Counted from the stretch's first letter, positions 18,410 to 27,651 are shown. The stretch is 64,000 nt of DNA from an uncultured Candidatus Saccharibacteria bacterium (GCA_964589445.1 CAZPQX010000001.1:110098-174097); one strand, 5' to 3'. Translations and numbers: made by a program. Notes: generated by a model not told the origin, from the sequence alone.

Positions 18410-19681
18410 TTAATATTCTCTTGCAGAGACTTGAGTGTCTATTTTTTTAACTAAATCAATAACAACTGAAACTACAATAAGTATACCAGTTCCTCCGATA
18501 GCTACAGCGCTTATGCCTGTGAGTGCTCCTATAGCTATAGGTAATACTGCTATAGCACCAAGGAACAAAGCACCTACCATTGTAAGTCTGAAAAGTATAT
18601 TTGATATGTAGCTTGAAGTAGAGCTACCAGGTCTCACCCCTGGTATAAAGGCGCCACTTCTCTGCAAATTTTTAGATATACTGTCTGGATCAAAAGTAAC
18701 TGCTGTGTAAAAGTAAGTAAAGATAAATACGAGTAGGAAATATAGTGACCCGTAAAATGCCTTATTAGTAAGTAGAGCCAAAGCTGAAGTAGCAAAGGAG
18801 CTAATACTTTGATTTGTTACGTTTACCAAGAATCCCAAGATCATCTGAGGGAAAGTGATTATAGAAATCGCAAATATGAGAGGTATCACTCCTGACTGAT
18901 TAACCTTCAAAGGAAGGTAAGTAGAAACGCCACCATAAACTTTGTTACCTCTCACCTGCTTTGCATAAGTTACTGGTATTGGCCTCTCTGCTTCGTTGAT
19001 AACTACCACACCCCAAACAACAATAGCAGTGACTATGGCGAATCCAATATAAGATGGGAGTTGCGCTGGATCAAAAGCAAGCAAGAGTCTACTTACAGCA
19101 CCAGGAAGGGCTGACACAATACCTGCGAAAATTATAAGAGAAAGACCATTACCAAGACCAAATTCAGTGATAAGTTCACCTATCCACATGATAAGCATAG
19201 AGCCAGCTGCTATGATTATCAGGTTTGTCAAAAGTTCAAAAGGAGCAAGTGGAGCCAAAACCCCCTGATTTTGCAAAAGTGCCATAAAAGAATAACCTTG
19301 TATAAAAGCTAGAGGCACTGTAAGGAGTCTCGAGTATTGAGAAAATTTGCGTCTACCCATTTCCCCTTCCTCTTGGTACATCTCTTTAAGACGAGGCCAC
19401 ATCACAGTAAGAAGCTGCATTATGATAGAAGCTGTGATACTTGGAGAAACTCCGAGCATGACAATAGAGAGGTTTGAAAGACCTCCTCCAGAAAATATAT
19501 TTAGAAGACCAAAAAAGTCATTACCAGAAACAAACTGTTCAAGCCTCATGGTATCTATACCTGGTATAGGGATCACCGCCAAAAACCTAAAGACAATAAG
19601 AAGAACTGCTGTAAAAAATATCCTCTTCATTAAAACAGCATCCTCGATAACAAGCCTAATTTTATGCATGAAGCCGTTCAT
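18410..19681 (-). CDS. secY: Preprotein translocase subunit SecY
   Basis: 423 aa, 10 TM helices, conserved SecY plug and lateral gate regions; follows rplO. Confidence 0.9.
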   Translation of the reverse strand: MNGFMHKIRLVIEDAVLMKRIFFTAVLLIVFRFLAVIPIPGIDTMRLEQFVSGNDFFGLLNIFSGGGLSNLSIVMLGVSPSITASIIMQLLTVMWPRLKEMYQEEGEMGRRKFSQYSRLLTVPLAFIQGYSFMALLQNQGVLAPLAPFELLTNLIIIAAGSMLIMWIGELITEFGLGNGLSLIIFAGIVSALPGAVSRLLLAFDPAQLPSYIGFAIVTAIVVWGVVVINEAERPIPVTYAKQVRGNKVYGGVSTYLPLKVNQSGVIPLIFAISIITFPQMILGFLVNVTNQSISSFATSALALLTNKAFYGSLYFLLVFIFTYFYTAVTFDPDSISKNLQRSGAFIPGVRPGSSTSSYISNILFRLTMVGALFLGAIAVLPIAIGALTGISAVAIGGTGILIVVSVVIDLVKKIDTQVSAREY

Positions 19682-19706
19682 TTTTTAATTTTTATTCCTG
19701 ACTAAA

Positions 19707-20150
19707 TTAAACTACAACCTTACCACCAACAGATTCTACTATCTTCTTTGCACCTTCTGAAATCTTAAGACCTTCTATATTTAGTGATTTTGTAAGCTCT
19801 CCTGAACCTAGTATTTTTACTTTAGGAAACTTACCGCTAATCTTGCTTATTACCCCCTTCTCAAGAAGAGAATTTAGATTTATTGTATCACCTTTAGAAA
19901 AGGATGCCTCGAGTACCGAAAGGTTGATCGCTGCAAATTCTGCGTTTCTTGTTTTAAGAGAATTTTTACCTCTTCCGCGAAGCTTAGGAAGCTTCTTGAT
20001 TATATCTCTCATCTCAGGTCTCTTTTTCCTTCCTGATCTTGCGTTCTGTCCTTTAGTACCCTTACCAGATGTTTTACCACGTTTACCACCACGCCCAACT
20101 CTAATAGGATTTCTGTTGCCTTTATTCTTTTTTAAATTATGAACCTGCAT
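19707..20150 (-). CDS. rplO: 50S ribosomal protein L15
   Basis: RVGRGGKRGKTSGKGTKGQNARSG... Gly/Lys-rich L15 N-terminus. Confidence 0.9.
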   Translation of the reverse strand: MQVHNLKKNKGNRNPIRVGRGGKRGKTSGKGTKGQNARSGRKKRPEMRDIIKKLPKLRGRGKNSLKTRNAEFAAINLSVLEASFSKGDTINLNSLLEKGVISKISGKFPKVKILGSGELTKSLNIEGLKISEGAKKIVESVGGKVVV

Positions 20151-20151
20151 T

Positions 20152-20709
20152 TTATTTTATCTTAGAAAGAGCCTTTATTGTTGCTCTAGCTATATTTAGC
20201 TTATTTTTTGACCTTGAAAGTATCTTTGAGGAAACCTCCTTTATACCAGCGAGCTCGAGCACTGTCCTCACTGAGCTTCCTGCTATCACTCCCTTTCCAG
20301 GAGCTGGCATGATAGTGACAAGAGCACTTGAGTATTTAGCATCAACTTCGTGAGCAATTGAACCCTTTTTATTTATAAGGACTTTTACCATGTTCTTCTT
20401 TGCTGATCTCAAAGCTTTTTCCACAGCTACTGGAGTGTCTGTAGCCTTGCCGATACCCACACCTACTCTACCCTTTCTGTCTCCCGCAACTACAGCGATA
20501 CTAAAAGCAAATCTTCTACCACCTGAAGTAACTCTTGTAACCCTTCTTACACTTATCACTTTATTATCAAATTCAGACCTTGGCTTTTCCGCACGTCTAA
20601 AAGGCTTGCGTTCGTTTTTGCGCCTGTCTCTTCCTCCATCTCTATCTGCTACAGGAGCTGCTGGAATATTTGTTGTTTCTTTTTCTGTTTTTACTTGATT
20701 TTCATCCAT
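20152..20709 (-). CDS. rpsE: 30S ribosomal protein S5
   Basis: VRRVTRVTSGGRRFAFSIAVVAGDRKGRVGVGIGKA... S5 dsRBD and C-terminal domain; ends 1 nt before L15 (no L30 gene between them). Confidence 0.9.
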   Translation of the reverse strand: MDENQVKTEKETTNIPAAPVADRDGGRDRRKNERKPFRRAEKPRSEFDNKVISVRRVTRVTSGGRRFAFSIAVVAGDRKGRVGVGIGKATDTPVAVEKALRSAKKNMVKVLINKKGSIAHEVDAKYSSALVTIMPAPGKGVIAGSSVRTVLELAGIKEVSSKILSRSKNKLNIARATIKALSKIK

Positions 20710-20719
20710 ATTTTTTCAA

Positions 20720-21067
20720 TTAAAACTCGAGACCACCCTCTCTCGCCCCTTCTGCAAGAGCAGCGACAGAACCAGTATAAATATAACCTCCTCTATCAAA
20801 AACTACTTTGCTTATACCTTTTTCCTTTGCCTTTTTAGCAAGACTTGCACCAGTAGCCTTAGATCTAAGGACAGCAGTCTTTTCTTTTACTGACATACTT
20901 GTTTCAGAAGCAAGAGTCACACCCTTGGTGTCGTCTATGATTTGAGCACTTATGTACCTATTTGATTTAAAAACACTGAGTCTAGGCCTCTCTGTTGTGC
21001 CAAAAACCTTAGCCCTGATGCGCTTTTGTCTTCTTTCTCTTTTTTGTTTTTTATTTTTAGTATCCAT
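20720..21067 (-). CDS. rplR: 50S ribosomal protein L18
   Basis: [20 protein letters not shown]...[22 protein letters not shown]. Confidence 0.9.
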   Translation of the reverse strand: MDTKNKKQKRERRQKRIRAKVFGTTERPRLSVFKSNRYISAQIIDDTKGVTLASETSMSVKEKTAVLRSKATGASLAKKAKEKGISKVVFDRGGYIYTGSVAALAEGAREGGLEF

Positions 21068-21087
21068 TTTGTTTTCTAAATTTTAGA

Positions 21088-21621
21088 TTAGACGTTTTTC
21101 TTACCCTGCTTCCTTCTTATGATTTCACCTTCGTATCTAAAACCCTTTCCCTTGTAAGGTTCTGGCTTTTTAAGGCTTCTTACTTTTGCTGCGAAGCTTC
21201 CTACAAGCTCCTTATCGCTTCCTGATACTGTAACCACATTTTTATCAGCTGTAACTGTAAGTTCTTTAGGTATTTCTACATTTACTGGGTGAGAAAAACC
21301 AAGGTTTAGTACTAGATTTGTGCCGTTAACTTGAGATTTGTAACCCACACCTTCAAGTATAAGTTTCTTTTGGAAACCTTCACTTACACCCTTTATCATG
21401 TTTTTTATGTGAGAAGCGTAAGTACCCCAAAGAGCCATCAAGTTGTTACTGTTTCTGATCGGAGTAAGCATTACCTGCTTACCATCTACTTTTATTTCTA
21501 TATCAGAAGTAAACTTCCTCTCAAGAGAACCCTTGGGACCTTTAGCAGTGAAAACACCCGAGTTGAATGATACTTCAACATTGTTTCCTGCCACTATTTC
21601 TTTTTTACCTATTCTGCTCAT
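21088..21621 (-). CDS. rplF: 50S ribosomal protein L6
   Basis: 177 aa, duplicated L6 alpha/beta domains (MSRIGKKEIVAG..., GVGYKSQVNGTNLVLNLGFSHPV). Confidence 0.9.
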   Translation of the reverse strand: MSRIGKKEIVAGNNVEVSFNSGVFTAKGPKGSLERKFTSDIEIKVDGKQVMLTPIRNSNNLMALWGTYASHIKNMIKGVSEGFQKKLILEGVGYKSQVNGTNLVLNLGFSHPVNVEIPKELTVTADKNVVTVSGSDKELVGSFAAKVRSLKKPEPYKGKGFRYEGEIIRRKQGKKNV

Positions 21622-21627
21622 TTTTGT

Positions 21628-22020
21628 TTACCAAAGTTTAAAAAGTACTTCACCTCCAAGGTTTTGCTCTTTAGCATCACTGTCAGCAAGGATACCTTTT
21701 GGAGTAGAAAAAACTGAAATACCGAAGCCTCTCTTAAATTTCTTTATATCTTTAGCCTTCTCGTAAATTCTTCTTCCTGGCTTTGAAATTCTCTGCACAT
21801 CTCTTACTTTTGGAGTACCGTCTTCTCTGTATAAAAGAGTTACTGTCATTACATTTTTACCATCTTTAGCTTTACTTGAAACTTCGCCTAGAAAGCCTTT
21901 TTTAGACAAAAGCTCAGCTATCGCAAGCTTCATTTTTGAAGATGGCAAAGAAACGGTCTCCTTACTGACCATTCCTGCGTTCTTTATTCTTATTATGAAA
22001 TCTCCTATTGGGTCTGTCAT
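21628..22020 (-). CDS. rpsH: 30S ribosomal protein S8 (true start MTDPIGDFIIRIKNAG at 22020; the ORF-track N-terminal 30 aa are probably not translated)
   Basis: MTDPIGDFIIRIKNA... canonical S8 N-terminus. Confidence 0.85.
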   Translation of the reverse strand: MTDPIGDFIIRIKNAGMVSKETVSLPSSKMKLAIAELLSKKGFLGEVSSKAKDGKNVMTVTLLYREDGTPKVRDVQRISKPGRRIYEKAKDIKKFKRGFGISVFSTPKGILADSDAKEQNLGGEVLFKLW

Positions 22021-22103
22021 GTTTTTTCTAGGCAGTATCTTGCTCGTCAGTAGGCTACTATCCTTCGCGTTGCTCAGGATCTCGCTTCCTTCGGAAGCTC
22101 GAC

Positions 22104-22298
22104 TTACCAAGATGATTTTTTAATTCCCGGAATTTTCCCCTCGTTTGCAAGCTCTCTGAAACAGATTCTGCAAAGACCGAAATCTCCCATATAGCCTCTT
22201 CCGCGACCACACTTAAAACATCGGTTAACTGCCCTACTTGGAAACTTAGGTTTCTTTAGCGCTCTCGCTTTAACTGATGCTTTTGCCATACGGGTCAA
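22104..22298 (-). CDS. rpsZ: 30S ribosomal protein S14 type Z (zinc-binding)
   Basis: 61-64 aa with [20 protein letters not shown] zinc ribbon. Confidence 0.85.
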   Translation of the reverse strand: MTRMAKASVKARALKKPKFPSRAVNRCFKCGRGRGYMGDFGLCRICFRELANEGKIPGIKKSSW

Positions 22299-22352
22299 AG
22301 GTTAACAAATATCCCAAAAATAGTCAAATACGGACTTCCCACTTTGTTAAAA

Positions 22353-22449
22353 TTCGGCTAGATATTTTCTGAGGAAAGCCTTGAACCAAAGAAGTAGCGG
22401 GTACCACTCCCGGGTTAGGGGTGCTTTTCGAAGAATATATCTAGCCGGA
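22353..22449. promoter_or_regulatory. Long inverted repeat between the uvrB stop and the S14 start; candidate structured leader of the S14-S8-L6... operon or an atypical uvrB terminator
   Basis: arms ttcggctagatattttct (22353-22370) and cgaagaatatatctagccgga (22429-22449) around a 58-nt GC-richer core (gggtaccactcccgggttagggg). Confidence 0.3.
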
Positions 22450-22457
22450 TTAAAAAA

Positions 22458-24581
22458 CTACTTTGTGAGCATTTTTTCGAGTTCCTTGATCTCGTCGCGG
22501 AGGATAGAAGCCGTCTCAAAGTCGAGGATTTTGACTGAGGCATTCATTTGTTTCTCTTTAGTTTTTATGAGCTTCTGTATACTCTTGGCACTTGCGTTTT
22601 TGGTGTCTATCGCCAAAAGCTGCCCTACTGCCTGCCTGTGCTCCTTCTGAAGCTGGTCAGTGATGTCTTTGATCTCTTTCTTGATAGTCATCGGTGTGAT
22701 GCCGTGCTCTGTGTTGTAAGCCACTTGGAGGGCTCGCCTCCTGTTTGTCTCATTTATAGCACGCTCCATAGAGCCAGTGAGGTTATCTGCATAAAGCACC
22801 ACCTTACCTTCTACATTCCTAGCCGCCCTACCTATAATTTGGATGAGCGAAGTCTCGCTACGAAGGAAACCTTCTTTGTCAGCATCGAGGATACCGATAA
22901 ACTCAACCTCAGGAAGATCGAGCCCTTCTCTCAATAGGTTGACCCCCACGAGCACATCAAACTCACCTCTCCTAAACTTTGTAAGTATCTCGATCCTCTC
23001 TATCGTCTTGATATCACTGTGCAAATATTCTGCTTTTATTTTTCTTTCTTTCAAAAACTCTGACAAATCTTCTGCCATTTTTTTGGTCAAGGTAGTAGCG
23101 ATGGCTCTGTTGCCTTTTTTGATTGCTTTCTCAGCTTCGTTTATAAAATCAAATATTTGTCCCGGATACGCAGAAATCTTTTCGAGAGCAACTTTCGGAC
23201 CGCGACCGGCGGGAGAAGGAGGGGATTTTTCAGCAGAAAAATACCCCGGTTGATCGAGAGAAGATTTCTGGGTATCCGACTTCTTTGCAATAATCGGTCT
23301 GATGAAAATCTCTGGATCGATAAGACCAGTAGGCCTGATCACTTGCTCAACGATATTTTGCGAATGCTCAGCTTCATATTTACCAGGAGTAGCAGAAGTA
23401 TAAATAGTTTGACCCACTCTTTTTTCAAACTCATCAGCCTTGAGTGGCCTGTTGTCCTTGGCACTTGGAAGCCTGAAACCGTGCTCTACGAGAGTTTGCT
23501 TCCTCGCTTGGTCACCATTGAACATGGCACCAATCTGAGGCACAGCTACATGCGACTCATCTATGATAGTCAAAAAGTCCGGGGTACCATCTGCCTTGTG
23601 TGGAAAATAAGAAAGGAGAGTATGGGGTGCTTCGCCTTCTTTCCTTCCGTCAAAATGCCTGGAGTAATTTTCAATACCACTGCAATACCCCACCTCCTTT
23701 ATCATCGAAAGATCATAAGTAGTCCTCCTCTTTATCCTCTCTGCTTCAAGTATCTTACCTTCCTTTTCAAACTTCTTTAATTGTTTAGCGAGCTCTTCTT
23801 TTATGTCTTTGATTGCCCTCTTAGTTTCAGCTTCTGGAGTGATGAAATGCTTGGCAGGAAAGAGAAAGAAAGCCTGTTTTTCTTCTACCACCTGCATAGT
23901 GATAGCATCTATAATTTCTATCTTGGCTATCTCATCACCAACTATTTCAAGTCTGAATATTTTTTTCTCTGACACAGGCATGATCTCAACTACATTTCCA
24001 GTTGAGCGGAAAACTCCAGGCGAAAGGTCTGCATTTGTCCTTTCATAATGGATAGCCACGAGCTTCAAAAAGAAATCTTTCCTATCGAACTTGTCCCCCT
24101 TTTTTATTTTTAGATTTACTTTTTGATATTCCACCGGAGAGCCTAGACCATATATACAAGAAACAGAGGCTACAATAATCACATCTTTCCTTGTAAGCAA
24201 AGCTTCGGTCGATGCATGGCGGAGCCTTTCTATCTCTTCGTTTATCATCGCCTCCTTCTCAATATATGTATCAGTCACGGGCATATAAGCTTCTGGCTGA
24301 TAGAAGTCGTAGTAAGAAACAAAATAATGAACAGCATTTTCAGGGAAAAATTCACGATACTCCTGTGCGAGCTGAGCGGCTAGAGTTTTGTTGTGAGCAA
24401 TCACAAGAGTCGGCTTTTGGAATTGTTGTATCACATTTGCAGCAGTAAAAGTCTTACCGCTCCCAGTCACACCTAGGAGTGTTTGTTTGTCTAAACCTTT
24501 TTTTAAGCCTTCAACAAGACCTTTTATAGCTTTAGGCTGATCTCCTGCTGGCTCGAATTTTGAATGTATTTTAAATTCCAT
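22458..24581 (-). CDS. uvrB: Excinuclease ABC subunit B, carrying an in-frame insertion of about 40 aa
   Basis: Helicase motifs, UvrB interaction domain and C-terminal UVR coiled coil; extra segment DTQKSSLDQPGYFSAEKSPPSPAGRGPKVALEKISAYPGQ between ...IRP and TTLTK relative to canonical UvrB. Confidence 0.9.
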   Translation of the reverse strand: MEFKIHSKFEPAGDQPKAIKGLVEGLKKGLDKQTLLGVTGSGKTFTAANVIQQFQKPTLVIAHNKTLAAQLAQEYREFFPENAVHYFVSYYDFYQPEAYMPVTDTYIEKEAMINEEIERLRHASTEALLTRKDVIIVASVSCIYGLGSPVEYQKVNLKIKKGDKFDRKDFFLKLVAIHYERTNADLSPGVFRSTGNVVEIMPVSEKKIFRLEIVGDEIAKIEIIDAITMQVVEEKQAFFLFPAKHFITPEAETKRAIKDIKEELAKQLKKFEKEGKILEAERIKRRTTYDLSMIKEVGYCSGIENYSRHFDGRKEGEAPHTLLSYFPHKADGTPDFLTIIDESHVAVPQIGAMFNGDQARKQTLVEHGFRLPSAKDNRPLKADEFEKRVGQTIYTSATPGKYEAEHSQNIVEQVIRPTGLIDPEIFIRPIIAKKSDTQKSSLDQPGYFSAEKSPPSPAGRGPKVALEKISAYPGQIFDFINEAEKAIKKGNRAIATTLTKKMAEDLSEFLKERKIKAEYLHSDIKTIERIEILTKFRRGEFDVLVGVNLLREGLDLPEVEFIGILDADKEGFLRSETSLIQIIGRAARNVEGKVVLYADNLTGSMERAINETNRRRALQVAYNTEHGITPMTIKKEIKDITDQLQKEHRQAVGQLLAIDTKNASAKSIQKLIKTKEKQMNASVKILDFETASILRDEIKELEKMLTK
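23171..23270. repeat. MITE-like palindromic element (type A), about 100 bp with about 22-bp TIRs, inserted in-frame in uvrB
   Basis: TIR cagaaatcttttcgagagcaac / gttgatcgagagaagatttctg; core gggagaaggaggggatttttcagcagaaaaataccccgg; near-identical copy in tgt. Confidence 0.6.
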
Positions 24582-25905
24582 AATAATTTTTCAAAAACTC
24601 CTGCTTATACTCCACGAAATTATCTTCGATAATAGACTCCCTTATTTTGTCTGTCATATTAACAACAAAATGTAAATTGTGAATAGTGGCGAGTGTAGCC
24701 GCCAGCATTTCCTTCGCCCTAAAAAGATGAGCGAGTATACTTCTATTATAATGAGTACAAGTATAACATTTGCACGAGTCATCTACTGGCCTCAGGTCAC
24801 TTCTAAAACTACTATTTAAAATTGAAATCCTGCCATGGATGGTGTGTAGGGTGCCATTGCGCGCCATCCTTGTCGGAGCCACACAGTCAAAAGTGTCACA
24901 ACCATTTTCAACCCCAAGGAAAATATCGATAGGCTCACCCACCCCCAAAAGGTGCCGCGGCTTTTCTTCGGGCAAAATTTCATTTACCCACCTCACAGCA
25001 GTACTCATGTCTTCTTTTATAAAAGTGCCTCCGATGCCGAAGCCGTCAAAATCGAGAGCAGCGATTTGTTTTGCACTCATCTTGCGAAGTTCTTCGTGCC
25101 TGCCACCTTGGACGATACCAAAAAGTTGTTGCCCTCTGGGACTTTCATTCTGCTCAGCAGGAGAAAAAATGTTCTTGAGAGCAACTTTCGGACCGTGAAT
25201 GACGGGAGAAGGAGGATATTTTTCAGCAGAAAAATAATCCGGTTGCTCGAGAGAATATTTTTTCTCCTGATGATTTTTCTGTAATATTTTATGCTCAACC
25301 AAACACCTCTTGGCCCAACGCTCGGTGCGCTCGATAGTTGATTTTATTTTTTCAAAAGAAGCGTGAGGAGAAGTGAATTCGTCGAGTGCAAAGATGATAT
25401 CCGCACCTATCTTACTCTGTATTTGCATCGAGTCTTCAGGCGACATAAACCTAGGGCTACCGTCTATTACAGATTTGAAGTGAACACCATCTTCAGTGAC
25501 TTTGGCCATTGAGCCCTCTTTTTCCTCTTCAATACTTTCTACCACCTCTCTTTCTGGGGAATCAGCCGAGACAAACTTACCTATACCACTACCACTCGCG
25601 ACACCAAGCGAAAAAGCCTGGAAGCCACCAGAGTCTGTCATAGTAGGAAGTTGCCAATTCATCATGCCGTGCAGACCTCCATTTTTTTCCACCAAATCTT
25701 CGCCTGGCTGCAAATGCAAGTGATATGTGTTGGCGAGCACTACCTGAGCGCCCAAATCTCTGACTTGCTCTGAAGTTACAGCTTTAACTGTGGCCTTTGT
25801 ACCTACAGGCACAAAGGCGGGGGTCTTGATACGCCCATGTACTGTCGATATCAAACCCGCCCGCCCTAGTGAACCTTTTAGTCTTTTTTCTATTTTAAAA
25901 CCCAT
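24571..25905 (-). CDS. tgt: Queuine tRNA-ribosyltransferase, carrying an in-frame insertion of about 45 aa
   Basis: DSGGFQ, LGVGEPIDIFLGVENGCDTFDCVAPTR and zinc site CKCYTCTHY; extra segment KKYSLEQPDYFSAEKYPPSPVIHGPKVALKNIFSPAEQ before LFGIVQGG. Confidence 0.9.
   Translation of the reverse strand: MGFKIEKRLKGSLGRAGLISTVHGRIKTPAFVPVGTKATVKAVTSEQVRDLGAQVVLANTYHLHLQPGEDLVEKNGGLHGMMNWQLPTMTDSGGFQAFSLGVASGSGIGKFVSADSPEREVVESIEEEKEGSMAKVTEDGVHFKSVIDGSPRFMSPEDSMQIQSKIGADIIFALDEFTSPHASFEKIKSTIERTERWAKRCLVEHKILQKNHQEKKYSLEQPDYFSAEKYPPSPVIHGPKVALKNIFSPAEQNESPRGQQLFGIVQGGRHEELRKMSAKQIAALDFDGFGIGGTFIKEDMSTAVRWVNEILPEEKPRHLLGVGEPIDIFLGVENGCDTFDCVAPTRMARNGTLHTIHGRISILNSSFRSDLRPVDDSCKCYTCTHYNRSILAHLFRAKEMLAATLATIHNLHFVVNMTDKIRESIIEDNFVEYKQEFLKNYYGI
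25158..25269. repeat. MITE-like palindromic element (type A), about 112 bp with 24-bp TIRs, inserted in-frame in tgt
   Basis: TIR caggagaaaaaatgttcttgagag / ctcgagagaatattttttctcctg (22/24 complementary); core gacgggagaaggaggatatttttcagcagaaaaataatccgg. Confidence 0.6.
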
Positions 25906-26409
25906 TTATTGTACGATCTGTGCAGGAGCAGCTTCAGTAGATACAAGCTCTACAGTAAAGACAAGAGTTGAATTTGGAGGTATTGGACCTACTTGTGCGG
26001 AGCCGTATCCGAGCTCAGGAGGTATTGTCATTGTCCTTGTACCACCAACTTTCATACCAGCAAATCCCTGCTCCCAACCTTTTATGACTTCACCAGCTCC
26101 AAGCACAAATTGGAAAGGCTGACCAAAGTCTTTTGAATTTTGAAGTACTGTGCCATCAGAGAGAGACAATATATAGTGCACAGTCACAAGATCGCCTTGT
26201 TTGACTTCTGCTCCATTGCCTGGAGTTAGGTCATTTATAACAACACCTGTCCCTGTATTTGTATCGGCGTTTATAGCGGCCGCTGCGTTTTCATCCATTT
26301 GATTTTTATTAGTAAATAAAGCAGTAATGCTTGAACCAAAAAGAGTGTACCCCGTGAAAGCTATTGCCGCAAACACAGCTACCCATTCGGCTTTAGATAA
26401 TTTTCTCAT
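25906..26409 (-). CDS. FKBP-type peptidyl-prolyl cis-trans isomerase with N-terminal signal/anchor
   Basis: GDLVTVHYILSLSDGTVLQNSKDFGQPFQFVLGAGEVIKGWEQGFAGMKVGG...TVELV. Confidence 0.8.
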   Translation of the reverse strand: MRKLSKAEWVAVFAAIAFTGYTLFGSSITALFTNKNQMDENAAAAINADTNTGTGVVINDLTPGNGAEVKQGDLVTVHYILSLSDGTVLQNSKDFGQPFQFVLGAGEVIKGWEQGFAGMKVGGTRTMTIPPELGYGSAQVGPIPPNSTLVFTVELVSTEAAPAQIVQ

Positions 26410-26506
26410 TTAAAAATGGTTAAAATTTTAAATTTTTACTTTTAATTTAACTTCACCCCATATTAACATATTGCCTTAATTATTTAAAACCAATAAAATT
26501 AGCAAT

Positions 26507-27574
26507 ATGAAAGAACAAAATGCCAGTATCACGCTAAGTGAAATATCCGAGTCAGCAGAAAGAAGGGTCGCCCTCATATCGCAAGAATTTAAAGCTGGAT
26601 TTGAGTTCGTAAAAAACTACCCCAAGTCCGTCACCTTTTTTGGTTCAGCGAGGACCAAGACGGGAGATGAATATTATGAAAAGGCACGTGACCTCGCCAA
26701 GATGATAGTCGAAAAGCTCCACTACTCTGTAGTCACAGGTGGAGGCCCAGGCATAATGGAAGCAGCCAACAGAGGTGCCTATGAAGCAGGTGGCAACTCC
26801 ATCGGCCTCACCATAGAGCTACCACACGAACAAGTGACCAACCCCTACATCACAAGCCAGATGGGCTTTCATTATTTTTTTAGCCGAAAGGTCTGTCTTT
26901 CTTTTTCTGCTGAAGCTTACATATTTTTCCCTGGAGGCTTCGGCACACTCGACGAGTTCCTTGAGATTATGACCCTAGTACAAACCAAAAAAATACCCGC
27001 CGCACCAATCATACTTTTTGGTGAAAAATACTGGCAACCTCTTGATAAGTTTTTTAAAGGCTTCCTCAGAGACAAAGGTATGATAGACGAGCTCGATACT
27101 TCCCTTTACCTCATATCGGACGATGAGGCAGAAATATTGAAACTTATCGAAAAGGCACCAGTAAGATTTGGCATAAAATACAACGACTCTTCCGAAAAAT
27201 ATCTAGAACAAAATGGTAAAAATGCGACAGGCCCCCTAAGTCAACTTTCAGAAAAGCACTGCGTACCTTGCGAAGGTGGCATGCCTCCCCTTTCAAAAAC
27301 AGAGTCCGAGGTACTACTCAAAGAAGTAGATGAGTGGACCTTGATGGGAGAAAAAGAAATTCTAAAAACTTACAAATTCGAAGATTTCAAAGAAGCCATG
27401 CAGTTTGTAGTAAATGTAGGCAAAATAGCAGAAAAAGAAGGACACCACCCAGATATAAAAATATTTGATTACAAAAAAGTCGAGATACGCATCTCGACTC
27501 ATGCTATCGACGGCCTCTCCGAAAACGACTTTATCCTTGCATCAAAAATCGACGAGCTTCTGAGAGATAAGTAA
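26507..27574 (+). CDS. Fusion protein: LOG-family (TIGR00730) domain + pterin-4a-carbinolamine dehydratase (PCD/DCoH) domain
   Basis: N-terminus VTGGGPGIMEAANRGA and FFPGGFGTLDEFLE (LOG signatures); C-terminus ...EGHHPDIKIFDYKKVEIRISTHAIDGLSENDFILASKIDEL (PCD signature). Confidence 0.7.
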   Translation: MKEQNASITLSEISESAERRVALISQEFKAGFEFVKNYPKSVTFFGSARTKTGDEYYEKARDLAKMIVEKLHYSVVTGGGPGIMEAANRGAYEAGGNSIGLTIELPHEQVTNPYITSQMGFHYFFSRKVCLSFSAEAYIFFPGGFGTLDEFLEIMTLVQTKKIPAAPIILFGEKYWQPLDKFFKGFLRDKGMIDELDTSLYLISDDEAEILKLIEKAPVRFGIKYNDSSEKYLEQNGKNATGPLSQLSEKHCVPCEGGMPPLSKTESEVLLKEVDEWTLMGEKEILKTYKFEDFKEAMQFVVNVGKIAEKEGHHPDIKIFDYKKVEIRISTHAIDGLSENDFILASKIDELLRDK

Positions 27575-27651
27575 ACAAAAAGACCGAGCACTCGCGCGTT
27601 CGGCCTCCGAAAATACCCGACTGAAAGAACTGAGTCTGCATCCACCACCGC

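Noticed and set aside
22021-22110. N-terminal 30-aa extension of the S8 ORF ([16 protein letters not shown]...)
   Set aside because: S8 universally begins MTDPI.D; the extension overlaps the S14 gene end and is an ORF-caller artefact.
23157-23780. Plus-strand ORFs 23157..23780 and 24952..25284, both containing ESNFRT..GRRRGFFSRKI..LER.F
   Set aside because: They are antisense to uvrB and tgt. Their shared peptide is simply the MITE-like repeat read on the opposite strand; this is a useful cross-check of the repeat, not genes.
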